DNA of 62,926 nt, filler included, from Platydemus manokwari (taxonomy: Eukaryota), in the NCBI GenBank assembly GCA_037951405.1. It is 6 parts of 6 records of this genome, joined end to end, with 100 filler letters (N's around TTAATTAATTAA, not from the genome) between each part and the next. Parts side by side here need not be neighbours in the genome. Positions count along the whole stretch, not along the records: positions 34,616 to 44,733 come from JBBMOY011167103.1; positions 44,834 to 54,112 come from JBBMOY011272428.1; 4 more parts are not named here. One strand, given 5' to 3'. This document shows positions 38,401 to 50,055 of this stretch, piece after piece. Both the position numbers and the translations under genes were made by a program. Under the pieces are notes generated by a model. The model ran no database searches. It was not told the DNA's origin and worked only from the letters and a program-made list of their open reading frames with translations. Position 1 is the stretch's first letter; each line of letters begins with the position of its first letter.

Positions 38401-40919
38401 AACATCTGAAATTAAAGATTTGGTAACGAAAAGGTTACTTATGACCATCCTGTGAGCAATGACGAGCAAGCAAACCAACATAGATTTTAGCTCGTTGATT
38501 TTTTTTTCTATTTTCTGAAGATGGTTTTCTATCGAAGTTTTCTATATTGTAGTGTCTTTATTGATTAACATAAATATTAATGGAAAAGTTGGTTTGAACA
38601 CTCCTCATTAAACCCAACTGAACAAATGAAATAAAAGACTTTATAGTTCTATTTACTAGCGACATCAAAATTGATATAATCTAAAATGGGTTGTGTGGGC
38701 TTTTCGTAAACAAAAATATGTTCATCAAAATCCATATAACATAGCAGACGAATCTAATGTTAATAAATTGATGAAGTGGTACAACCTTATAAATAAACTC
38801 CACAATTGCCAGTAACATATTTGGGACCAAAGATTAATTTTAAACTATTCCATCGGTAAGATCGTTAGATAAGAAATTCAAATAACATTTTATTTTCAAA
38901 TTAATGCAGTCAATGCAATTAGAAAATATTACAGATAGATTCTTCTACTTTGAAAACATTTCTAATGTGATCCAAACAGAAATTTTATCAACGAATCTCG
39001 GTATAAATAATTTTCGCTGACTAGATGGTATGAGTGGAAATAACGTAATATTATGTCGATAACGTTTTCACATACTGTACAGCACTGGAGCTAAAATTCA
39101 ATCACTACACAAGTGTGAATGAAGTATGAACATATAGAATTTAAAAAACGATGAACATAACATATGCAATGAACAGATATTGTACCAACACTTTTATTTA
39201 AGCTTTGACTTCCAGAAACAAAATTAAGATAATATAATAATAGAATGCTCAAACAGCCTCGGAACAATTAGGAAAATTCGAGACTGATACATGCACATCT
39301 ACTAACACAATGGCCTTTGCAGCACGATTAAAAAGAAATTCCTAATGTAAAGCGTGAAATCAAGACCCCGCAATATCTTCAAAATCTTACGCGTTTAATC
39401 GAAGTATGCTGGTCACCGGTGTTTGCTTTGAAAGGCCAAATGAAATTCATTAATACTTGTAATGGTTAAAGCTATCAATAACCGGAATATTGTGAAATCT
39501 ATATGACTCATTAGATTTTTAGAATAGAAACCACAATTTGGCGCATCGGTGACAGAGTGAATGTCAATGGTATTGTGGCTAACGTGATTTGAATTTTCTT
39601 CAAATATTGTAATGATGACATCGTCTATAAAAGGATTTGTATCTCGTGAGCAATCGTCAATCTTCCATTTACCTTAATTCTTTTGAGTGATAATTCTCTT
39701 GATCAATATTTTATGATCGTTGTTTCCGTTTCTGTTTTAGCTTTTAGGTGCAGATGCCATTGTGAATTGTGAATTGATTTTATTCTATTAGTGTAATGTA
39801 GGGTGCAATGATTAATAATTTCGTTTTAACGTTTAACTTTGATTTATAATTACATTTTTAATATTCATAATTAGTAGAAATCTAAGAGAACGGTTCTCTA
39901 ATAGTATCAAATAGTACATTAAATCCAAAGATATTTACTTTATTGGAGGTAGTTATTATTACACAAATTACCTAATAATTGTTTCTAAAATGTCTTATTT
40001 ATTCAAAGTTTTCACTAAACTTCAATATAATAAATCTAAAATTTAAAATATATAATGAATCGTTTTGAATTCTTGACTAGCAAAACTTCAGTTAAATTTT
40101 ATGCTATAAGCTCATTATTTTATTAATTGTCGTTAAGATAATGAGTTCACTAAAATAATACTAGCCCTATTCGGCCACGTGGTGCTGTGAATTAAATTGA
40201 ATAGTTTTGAGTTCATTCATTTTCATTTATAAATTTAGAAATAATTAAATTCAAACCCAGATTGATTAAAAAATCATGAAATAATTAAATTTAACTTGTG
40301 ACAATTAAAAATATGTCTACATTCGAATCCAATGTTGTGCCACAATTTCAAAATTTTTTATTGAAAATTTTTTAAAATTTTTAATTTTGAATAAACGAAC
40401 AATTTCAATAAATTTCGATTTCATCAATAATAAGATTTTTAATTGTTGCTTAAAATTTATCATTAAGTATTTATAACATTAAATTTCTTGTTGATAATTT
40501 AAATGAATAACGATGTATTAATTTCAGGTACTAAAAAGATAGTTATTATAACGAAAGAAGAAAAGACGTGCTTAAATTATTTTACCGAACCAGTAGAAAA
40601 TATGATTTTTTTATCAGAATCAGTTGTTTATTTTACGGCAAACATATTCTTTCTTGATGAACCATTTTCATCAATTCCATCAATCTATTTATTTTTAATA
40701 TTATTCGGAGTTTTATTTTTTAGTGTTGCCTGTTTATTATTGGTAAGAAAAACTGTTAATATAAAAATATACTATGAATATAGATTACGTATTACAAGAC
40801 GAATTATAAATGATAAACTTAGTTATATTGCTAGACAGATAAAATTCGGTAATGTCAATGAAATGAGATATATTTACCAAAAATTGAATACAATGACGTT
40901 ATTGTTTTCCGATAATTAA
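35476..40919 (+). CDS. Candidate uncharacterised single-pass membrane glycoprotein (gene or young pseudogene), partial
   Basis: Candidate exons are 35476-35668, 37625-37756 (needs a 1-nt correction near the A-run 37682-37687), 37811-38091 and 40528-40919, with AG/GT ends and matching phases. The protein has N-X-S/T sequons (NTS, NFT, NLT, NIS), a TM helix IYLFLILFGVLFFSVACLLLV followed by RK, and a short tail. Confidence 0.45.
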
Positions 40920-41215
40920 ATATTGATTGTATAAAGAAAAAATCGAATCTATTTTGAATCCTTTGGAATTTTAGGAACTTTTTTAGTAAAAAGTTCTACC
41001 TTCTGACCTATTTACAATTTGTGCTACACATTTTTATTTATTACTTTTTGGTAGATTTATTTGAAGATTTCTCATCTGTGGTCTTGTAATTAGTTGTTGT
41101 TAAAAAGAAATTTATATTTTATAATGGAGTTTATATTGTTTTGATTTGTAAAATATACTGCAAATATTAATTCATAGACATTAATAATCAAGATACTCAC
41201 ACAATTAAATATGGG

Positions 41216-42150
41216 ATGTATATTTTTGTTTCTTTCAATCTTTCCATGAATCACAGTCCACTATTTCAATCATACAATCAATTTAACGTTTCAATAAATT
41301 CTGTTAACGCCTTCCAGATGTTGTTGTCCAGGATATCCTCTTTGCCTATTTTTAAATTGTCTTTGTTACTGTACCATTTCCATTGTGGAACCTCCATTGA
41401 AAATATCTCGTATTTATATTCGACTTTATGCCAGCAATCATGTATTGTTTATCATTTGTCTATCAATTTGTAGTTTTTTTAGGACTTCATCGTTGGTCTG
41501 TACTTACAAGTTCCATGAACCCCTATAACAAAAGTGAACAGTTCCGCAGTCAACTCGGATCGCTTTGTTTGGCCGCATTTTGGAGGTCTGAGAATTTTAT
41601 TATTTTCGTTTGAGCTGTTTCGACCATTAAAACACTTTCGTCCGTGATCCATTTTACGTAGATTAGGACGATTGTGAATTTTTAGTTATTATTTGAAGAT
41701 CAACCCTTAATTTGGATTCTGTGAATTGGTATTCTTTCTCTACAAAGTCTCTGTAATTCGTATTGTTAACTATTTCTTTGGCCAATATATCTATAATTCT
41801 ATCATACCGATAGAGTATAAAAGAGTGGTTTTTTTGCCTCATGTAAAAACAAGTATTTGTGATTCCACTTCATATAAGCATTTTCTGCATGCCATTACTC
41901 CCATGTACGTTTTATACAAAGTAAGAAGGCAGTTTGTCCTTGCGTTATGAATAAATCTGAATTCAGAAATAGTTATGGGTCCAATAAAAATTACTTCTGA
42001 TTTCATTAAACTAATAGGCTTATTTGATTATTCCAGTTTATTTGTCTCAGTAATTTCGATGTTTTTTGATTTTCTTTAATTCCACTATGGCGCTTATTCT
42101 GAATGAAGAATCACTTATAGTAAGACTTTGTTGATCTCTGAGCATTATGT
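41216..42150 (-). mobile_element. Possible highly degraded gypsy integrase fragment
   Basis: Minus-strand IFIGP (~41976-41992) and MDHGRKCF (~41630-41653) loosely resemble the DFxGP and SDxGxxF integrase motifs. It abuts the plus-strand pol remnant. Confidence 0.3.
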
Positions 42151-42154
42151 AATC

Positions 42155-43910
42155 CTATGTTGGGGACAATCGAACAGGTTCCGAGTATGTTAATGTATTA
42201 GACATGAAAATATATAAACTTTTGGAAAAATATAAAGATATTTTCATGAAAAATAAGTGGGACATAGGTAAGACAGATCTTCTCAAGGATCGAATTGTTA
42301 ATAATGGTGTACCAATAACCATTAATCCTCGTTGACAGTCTATACATTTAAAAATCAAGATCAACGAAATGATTAGAGAAATGGAAAGTGCCGGAATAAT
42401 TCGAAAGTGCGAATCACCATGGAGCACCAAATTAGTGTGTGTTGCCAAAAAGAATAAAGCTGATATAAGAATATGCTTAGATTTTTTAGCCTTGAACACG
42501 ATAATCAAACGACCTTTGTTTCCAATTCTGAATTTAGAAGAAATGATGGATATTTTAAATGGTGCCAAAATTGTCAGCACCATTGACTTGGGCAATGCTT
42601 ATTATCAAGTAGAACTTAAGGAAGACTCGCAATTAAAGACGGCATTCTCAACGAAGAATGGTCAATTCTGTTTCAATTGAATGTCATTTGGTATTGCAGG
42701 AGCCCCAGCGACTTACCAAAATCTGATGACTCAAGTGCTGGGACCTATGAACTGGAAAGAAGCAGTCGTAAATCGCAGTTCTTTCTCAAATAGACGAAAA
42801 TGAAAAAGAAAAGGTGATATCATATAGCTCGAAATCTATGAATAAACACGAGCTAGGCTATTGCATTACGCACAAAGAACTGGTAGCCAACTTTTATTTT
42901 TCACAGCACTTCAAATATTATCTTTACGGAAAGAGATTTATTCTGAGAACTGATTACAAGGCCATAACGTTTATGATACAGGCAAAGAAGCTTTTTTCTG
43001 CACAATTCCAGAATTGGATAAATTTTTTAAGTAGTCTAGATATGAAGCTAGAATATAGATAGGTTGAACTTCATAGTAACGCTGATGCAATGTCTCAAAA
43101 GTCTTGTAATTATGGCAGTCAGTACCAGGCGATTCATGAGGATGCGAAAACACTTAAGAACAAAACCAGATTATTAGCTAACCAAGAAAATACTGAAAAT
43201 GATGAAATCGAAAGGATAAAAATAAAAGAAACAATATTTGAATTACATAAAGATCTGTGCCGTGTAAATACTAAAAGGTGTGGGAATTTTTACGTAATTA
43301 TCTTTCAATACAAGCAAATGAAGCAACTGTTAGAAGCGTAATAAAAAAATGTGAAAAATGTCAAAGGAAGAAAACGTGGACTAGCGAAACAAAAGAAAAT
43401 GTTATAAACCAAGATTCTAATGAAATATTTAAATATGTGTATGTCGATTTCTGCGGAACATTAAATAGAACAAGATCATGGAAACAAAACATTTTGGCAT
43501 TTATAGATTATTTCAGCAAATACATTTCATTGACAGCGATAGCCCACCAAGATGAGAAAAAACAGCAGAGATGCTACGAAATAAATAGATTCTAAAATTA
43601 GGCACCACTTTAACGTTATATACAGATAGAGGAAGAAACCAAAGTTATTTCTGAACTCTTCACAAAGTATCACATTGTATTGAAACAATCAAGTCCTTAT
43701 CATCACAATAACGATTATCTGATCGAGGGACAATTTCGAACAATATGTGGCGCAATAACGACAAGTATTCAAGACAATGATGTAAGGGAGATTCGTAAAT
43801 GGAAAGGTAAATGTCGTGTATATAATGCGTGTATGTTGTTTGATTGCTTATTAATTGGCAGTTATTACAATCCAATAAACCTCCCCAGGACTTTATTACG
43901 TCACCAATAA
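42155..43910 (+). mobile_element. Degraded Ty3/gypsy pol remnant (RT - RNase H - integrase)
   Basis: RT motifs: ESPWSTKLVCVAKKNKADIRICLDFLALN, STIDLGNAYYQV, KTAFST..GQFCF..MSFG. RNase H: YCITHKELVA..FKYYLYGKRFILRTDYKA. Integrase: CEKCQ, VDFCG, IDYFSKY, TDRG. The RT-RH-INT order is the gypsy arrangement. Stops and frameshifts are present, and the YxDD region is deleted near 42770. Confidence 0.92.
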
Positions 43911-44045
43911 TAAAATGATGTATATATCGTAATTGTATTAAATAAATTATTCAGTGTTAAACGGCTTAGTTGTAACAATATTAATGACAAGAATAGCAAA
44001 TATCGGATAATACTTAATTTCACATTATCACCCCAGCCACAGTAC

Positions 44046-44216
44046 CAGACGCATAGTAGGAGAAGGACAGGAGGGTACATATGTCCTTGGGCGGCAAATT
44101 GAGGAGGATTTAGAGGGCTTCAAATTGAGAATGCCATGAAATTAACTTCAACAAAAAAAGGGGGCATAAATTTAATAGCTAGTCCCCAGGCGCTAAATAT
44201 TTCAGCCACACCTCTG
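44046..44216. mobile_element. Putative degenerate MITE (short non-autonomous DNA transposon)
   Basis: A relatively GC-rich island from CAGACGCATAG to CAGCCACACCTCTG, with internal CCTTGGGCGGCAAA and CCCCAGGCGCT. It resembles CAGTGGCGTAGC/GCTACGCCACTG-type elements. The flanks CACAGTAC and CACAACGC match at 5/8, a possible old 8-bp TSD. Confidence 0.4.
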
Positions 44217-44494
44217 CACAACGCTATGCAGCACATCCATGATTTTCTTTATTCTGACTTTTTGTCCAGTCAGAAGAAATTGAGGTGGATCTTGCAAAGC
44301 CAGAGTTTGAGAGATTGTGGGACAAGGAGACAAGAGCATACAAATCTAGCAGATATGCATATGACCCTGCAGCAAAGCCTGTCAATGAAAGTAAGATGGA
44401 GAAGGTACTGTTCTTGTTTGTAATGTTTATTCTGCCTTTGTGAATGTTGTTGAAAGGCACAACTTTAGATTCATTGACAGTCTTGAAGCTACAG

Positions 44495-44733
44495 GTTTAC
44501 AGCTGTTTAATCTGTTTATACCCATGATTTTGACCGTTATAGCCATCTTGTCAACACATTCTCTGTTTGTTCTGTTTTTAGACATGATTTTGACTGTTAT
44601 AGCCATCTTGTCAATAAAAAGTTCTTTTTTGTTTTGTGGCATAATTTTGACTGGTATAGCTTTGACTGTTATAACCATCTCGCCAGCAATGCATTCTCTA
44701 TTTTATCTGTTTGTACATCTGATTTTGACTGTT
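44495..44733. repeat. ~60-bp tandem minisatellite running into the contig end
   Basis: The unit ATGATTTTGACyGTTATAGCCATCTTGTCAA..TTCT.T.TTT is repeated about 4 times. This explains the repetitive ORFs on both strands. Confidence 0.85.
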
Positions 44734-44833
44734 NNNNNNNNNNNNNNNNNNNNNNNNNNNNNNNNNNNNNNNNNNNNTTAATTAATTAANNNNNNNNNNN
44801 NNNNNNNNNNNNNNNNNNNNNNNNNNNNNNNNN
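44734..44833. other. Artificial contig linker
   Basis: 44N-TTAATTAATTAA-44N. Confidence 0.97.
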
Positions 44834-46509
44834 AGATTTTTATCAGAAAAACAATTTATTACAGAACCTTAAATAATTTTAAAATTTTTGTTTCTACATT
44901 AATATATTCATATATAGTTGTATTGACAGCAATATTCTCACGAAATGATAAATCAATAAACCAATACATTGTTTTAATGTTGGATTAAAATTAACCGTAT
45001 GTATTGAAATAGATTTCCAATAATCACTTAAACACTTTAAGGTTATTTAGAAAGTTAGTAATATTAAATTTAAAAATTAACGAGGATCAATGATTTGTAC
45101 TTGGTGGATTATTATCTTGACCATTTCCCATTGTGGGATGTTATATTCGGAGTAGATGTAGTGTAAAAATAATTTGTAAAAAAAACCATTAAAAACAAAG
45201 AAAGACATCAGAAAATGATAAAAGCTGTGATAGTCAGAATAGATTTGATTTCATACAAAAGAATTGGTTCTGATATTGTTGACAATGCTACCAATTAGAA
45301 CAATTCTGTACTTAAAACTTGCTATAAACACTGATTTGCTGAAATCGACTTTTACCTTTTATACATTGACATAAACTGTGCTGAAGATATATTCTGATCA
45401 TTCAATTGTTATTTCTTTCAATGTTTTTTTTTCTTTTTCTTTTTTATTTTCATGGCCTTTTAAAAGTGCTTATGGCATCAAAATAAACTCAACGGTCCAT
45501 GGGTTTTCTTTAGAGTGTGATCAAATTATAAATAATCCATAACTCGAATCGATAGCAAAAAACAATGTCAATACATGATGAAAGTATCCACCTGATGGTG
45601 AGATTGTGTCTTTCAATTAGTATTTAAAACAAAAACATTTCCATGTAATTTTTCAACAGTAAATATTATCTCTATTTATAAGTATTTTGTTTTGGAAAAT
45701 TTTTTTTATACCATAAATGACTAAATAACATGAATTCGTTAACAGAAATTGGTGCATTGATTGATTTACTTGAAAAGCTTGTTTTAACAAATCGACATAT
45801 TGAATTATAATTGGTGATTATATTTCCCTAAATATAAAATTTTTTAATTAATAATTATCTTAATCCAAAGGAAATAATGAGAAGGAAATTCGGAGGGAAA
45901 AAGCCGCTGTAAAGAGCAAACCGAAACATATATATTTTACAGACGTATCTGCGCACATTGGCCAGCTGGATCGCTACTATCATGACAAATGTTGCACCAA
46001 CACTAATCATATGATGCCAATAGCAGAGAGAGAGAAAGTAAAGCAATGCAAAAATATTCCACAACTCTACCATAAAAAACAAATTGCAGACACAAAAAAC
46101 AAGGATTTTTCGAATACCCTGTGACATTCACAGGCAACCACACAGTTCCTTCAGTAATAACGAATATAAAAATGAATAAGCGCATTTTAAAATAGGACTG
46201 AAACTGCAGATAGAAACTTATATTTCATATAATATATCAGTCAATATGTACTACCATTAAGTTCTTCAACTACTTTTCCCCCTCATGTACATATATGCCA
46301 TAGAATACACGCCTGTTCGACATTTCACTCGCCAATGCTCGTGTCAGTAAATGGTAATGAAGACGAGAGATCGCACTAATAGTGTGAAAAATGGAATTTT
46401 TCAAATGGCTCTTCAACTAATTTTCATTTTATCGTCATTTAATGTCGATGGTGAAAATATTCATTTTCGTATCGATGGTTAAAGCAGCAAATGTAAAGAG
46501 AAATCTCAC

Positions 46510-48472
46510 TTGATCAATACATATCCCATTGGTTGAGCATGAACTATCAGTGCAATCATTATCATTTATTTCACAACTTTTCCCGGAAAATCCCGTTGGA
46601 CAAATGCACTGATAATCATTAATGTGGTCCACACATTTAGCGCCATTTTGACATGGGTTATCGTCACATTCATTGATTTCAATATCACAACGATCGCCTG
46701 TGAATCCGGCAGCACAACGGCATCGATAGCCATCAATTAAACTGTCACACGATGCACCGTTTCTGCAAGGTTTATTTCGACAATTGTCGACATTGATTTC
46801 ACATTGTCGACCTTCGAAACGATTGGAACATTTGCAAATAAAACTTCCAAAAGTATTTATGCATTGGTTGTCATGAAGACATGGACCAATTTGAGTGGTT
46901 GGCATTGCTTTCAATAATAGATTGTGTTTAGCCAGTTCTGTGTGGTTGAAAGAACATTCGTTGAAATCCTTTTCGCAGAATTCACCTGAAAATAATGTTT
47001 TTTATAAATTTTATTAATATTTAAGAGATAGTTTGTATTATTCGATCATTTTTCTGATTCCAACACAAGAACGTTGTACTATAAAACAACAAAAAATTAG
47101 AAAAAAACTAAAAAAACCAAAAAAAATAAAAAACAGCTAAAGAATTCAGATAAAAAAATATAAAATTTGTAATAAAATGGCTTCCTTATTGAAATTTCCT
47201 CTACTAACTCATCATCTATCTAATAAACAACCGGCGTGTCACGTGACATACCGAACAGTCAATCGATAGTTAGCCTTGTTTAGATACGATTTCATCAACG
47301 ATTTTGACATTAAAAACAAATCAAATACACAATACACTCATAAAAGTTGAACTCAATTTCAATTGCAACAACAATCGATTGGATATCAAATTATCGATTA
47401 TTATTCCAACAGAAATCACTAACAGAATGATGATGCAACTAATCAGTAAAAGCGATTTATCAATGAAACATTGGGGATATTTTTATCAACAAAATAGCCT
47501 ATTCGTTTATTTAAAGTACTGTTTTGATGAATTAGCTTCTGGTTTGTAATCTGGTTTATTTACTTGTATACGAAAATATCAATAATACATCCAAAAATTT
47601 TTTTGTTTTCTCTATCATGGAAAACAAACCGCTTTTTCTGGTTGACACCAACACAGATTTGTCACCAATTTGACAGCAATGTCTATTGATGGACAAAATT
47701 CCAAAGATTTCACCATCAATATTCATATCCACCAATCAAATTGCATGGTGCTGGAATTTTATTTTTAGACTTTCATGGAGCTTATCAATATAATTTCCGC
47801 TTAAACACAATAAAGCTGATGATTTTGAGACCGTGAAATGGAAAGGTTTTTGTTTGATCACTTCTAATAAAAAGAAATTTTTCCACAAAACGAATTTTGG
47901 ACACAAAATTACCACGTTTGTCATCGATTCTACCAAATACAAATCTGATTGGCATTTAAGTCTGCGTAACTATGGTTACCAATAGATTTGATAATAAATA
48001 TAGAAATACAACAGTCAATTCTACATTGATGGCTCATTTTCTCATTTACAAATTCTCCATCCGAAAATATCCATTAAAATTCTCCACACACAATTGTTGA
48101 TTTTCTTTAAATCAATAAAAGATCATCATTTTTTTTATAAACCTCTAAACCCTTTACAAAATCATTACATCTAATATTTTTCCATTTTGTATGGAGTTCA
48201 ATGAATAAAATATCAAAACACTGACAGACCTTCATATCTTCCAATAGTTGTGGAACAATCGCAATGATATGTTTGATATTCTTTGCCAGGAATACACGTG
48301 GCATCGTTAGCACAGTTGTTTGATTTACAAGGATCCAATTTAATCGAGCATGCCGGTCCGGAATAAGGAAGAAAACATTTGCATCGGAATCCGTCGATCT
48401 CATCAATACAAATACCGTGTGGACTACAGGGATTATTTGCGCATTCATTGATATTGATTTCACATTGTTTAC
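46510..48472 (-). CDS. notch: Notch receptor, two internal exons encoding about EGF repeats 21-26
   Basis: Exon 48472-48230 ([47 protein letters not shown]) and exon 46985-46510 ([36 protein letters not shown]) join in phase 1 across a GT-AG intron. The CxLPYxG..xDPC and NDxDCTxSSC signatures match Notch EGF21-22 and EGF26 as recalled from fly and vertebrate Notch. No LNR or ankyrin exons are in the window. Confidence 0.82.
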
Positions 48473-50004
48473 CTAATTATAAAATTGATTCCAATCAATA
48501 CCCGATAGTGATTTATATCGTATTTTATTACACTGAAATCATTGATTTCTCTTTCAGACCATGTTCACAAATAATTAACCTCTCCAACACACCCACATAA
48601 TGAATAAATATCAATATATATATATGGACATGGCTAATTGCGTTTATAGTACGATTATTCTCGTTGAATAAACAATAGATTCTAATCGATAAATGTAGTG
48701 AAGAATCACAGATTAAATCACGATTAGAATAATCGCAGTATCAAGATTCATATCATTCTTATAGAATAAAAATAAATCGCTATTGTTGTACAATTTTCTC
48801 TTTAATTCAAAACGATCACTCATTAAGACGGCATAGGTTTGAAATTTAAATACGACAAGCGCTGTGAGGATTTTGGATTCAATTTATATTTCATTGATTA
48901 TTTAAAACAGAAAATATATTGATATTAAAATATAAAATTGATCAATTTATTTTCTTTGAATACTTTGATTGAGTATACTTTTGTGACTTGAAGTTCTTGG
49001 ATTCGTTTTCAATTCCATTTTTATGAAATAGTGAGAGCAAATAAATACTATAAATGTTATCTGATAACAAACCAGGAATGACCAAAAACACATCCCAATA
49101 CCCAACTGGTAAATCATACAGCATCATGGTATGATCATAAAATAAATCAATCCACAACAGCACCTAAATATATTCTGGCCCACTGAAATCCCTCACAAAT
49201 AATCTTCCTGATCTTAATGCGTTCAACAATCAACCCATCGACATTATTTTCTTCAGCCAATCTTCTTCAACAATCAGCACCACTTCAAACCAACAAAATT
49301 CAATTTCCTATCTTATTTTAAACATTTATCATAAGCTTGCTTTTTACAATTTGTTTAAATGATCTATTTATTAATGTATAATGCAGTTGTTACTTCAAAA
49401 ATATTCAATTTAAAGAATAATTATATTGTTAATAGATTCCATAAATTTAAAGTTTATCGTTAATTTGCACATATAATTTAAATTTAATGCCAAAGAATTA
49501 TCTTTAATTCTACATTTAAAGCATGTTTATGCATTTCATTTCATTGAAACTGATTTGAAAACAAATTCATCGATTTTAATACAACTGGAGCTGGATAAAG
49601 TTCCTTCAAATAAATTGTTTAATAATAAGGTTTATAATTAAATTTAAAAAATTAATAAAAGAACAACAAATTTAGTTTTACAATATGGGTGACGATTTAA
49701 ATTTAAATATTAAGATTCTGATGAGAGGGTTAGCAAAGTAAACAGTTAGTCCTGAATTAAATTAAATTCGTTCATCTCAAAAAGGCTTGCAAACTTTAAA
49801 AAGTAACCTTTGGCTTAGGATATGATTATGAATTTAGAAATTACTATAGATAAAGGATGTCACTTGGTTCCATTTCATTATACATATCGAAGTTTCATTG
49901 AATAAATAATCGATGTAGTCAATCGCTTCAATAGAATCTGATGAGACCTCTTCAGTAATTTCATTGATTTACGTAAAATTTAAGGTAATTCAACCCCGTT
50001 AAAA

Positions 50005-50055
50005 TATTATTATTATCATTATTATTATTATTATTATCATTATTATTATTATTAT
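50005..50055. repeat. (ATT/ATC)n microsatellite
   Basis: An ATT run with interspersed ATC units. Confidence 0.85.

Noticed and set aside
38200-39800. Possible decayed DNA-transposase or zinc-knuckle sequence (minus-strand KQCSACGS) inside the candidate gene intron
   Set aside because: There is only one CxxC word, with no catalytic motifs or termini.
45855-46185. Hydrophobic ORFs downstream of the Notch exon as a possible Notch TM exon
   Set aside because: They show no Notch similarity, and many EGF and LNR exons would have to come first.
48107-48600. ORF-track entries 48107-48463 and 48379-48600
   Set aside because: These are off-frame and antisense shadows of the true Notch exon 48230-48472.
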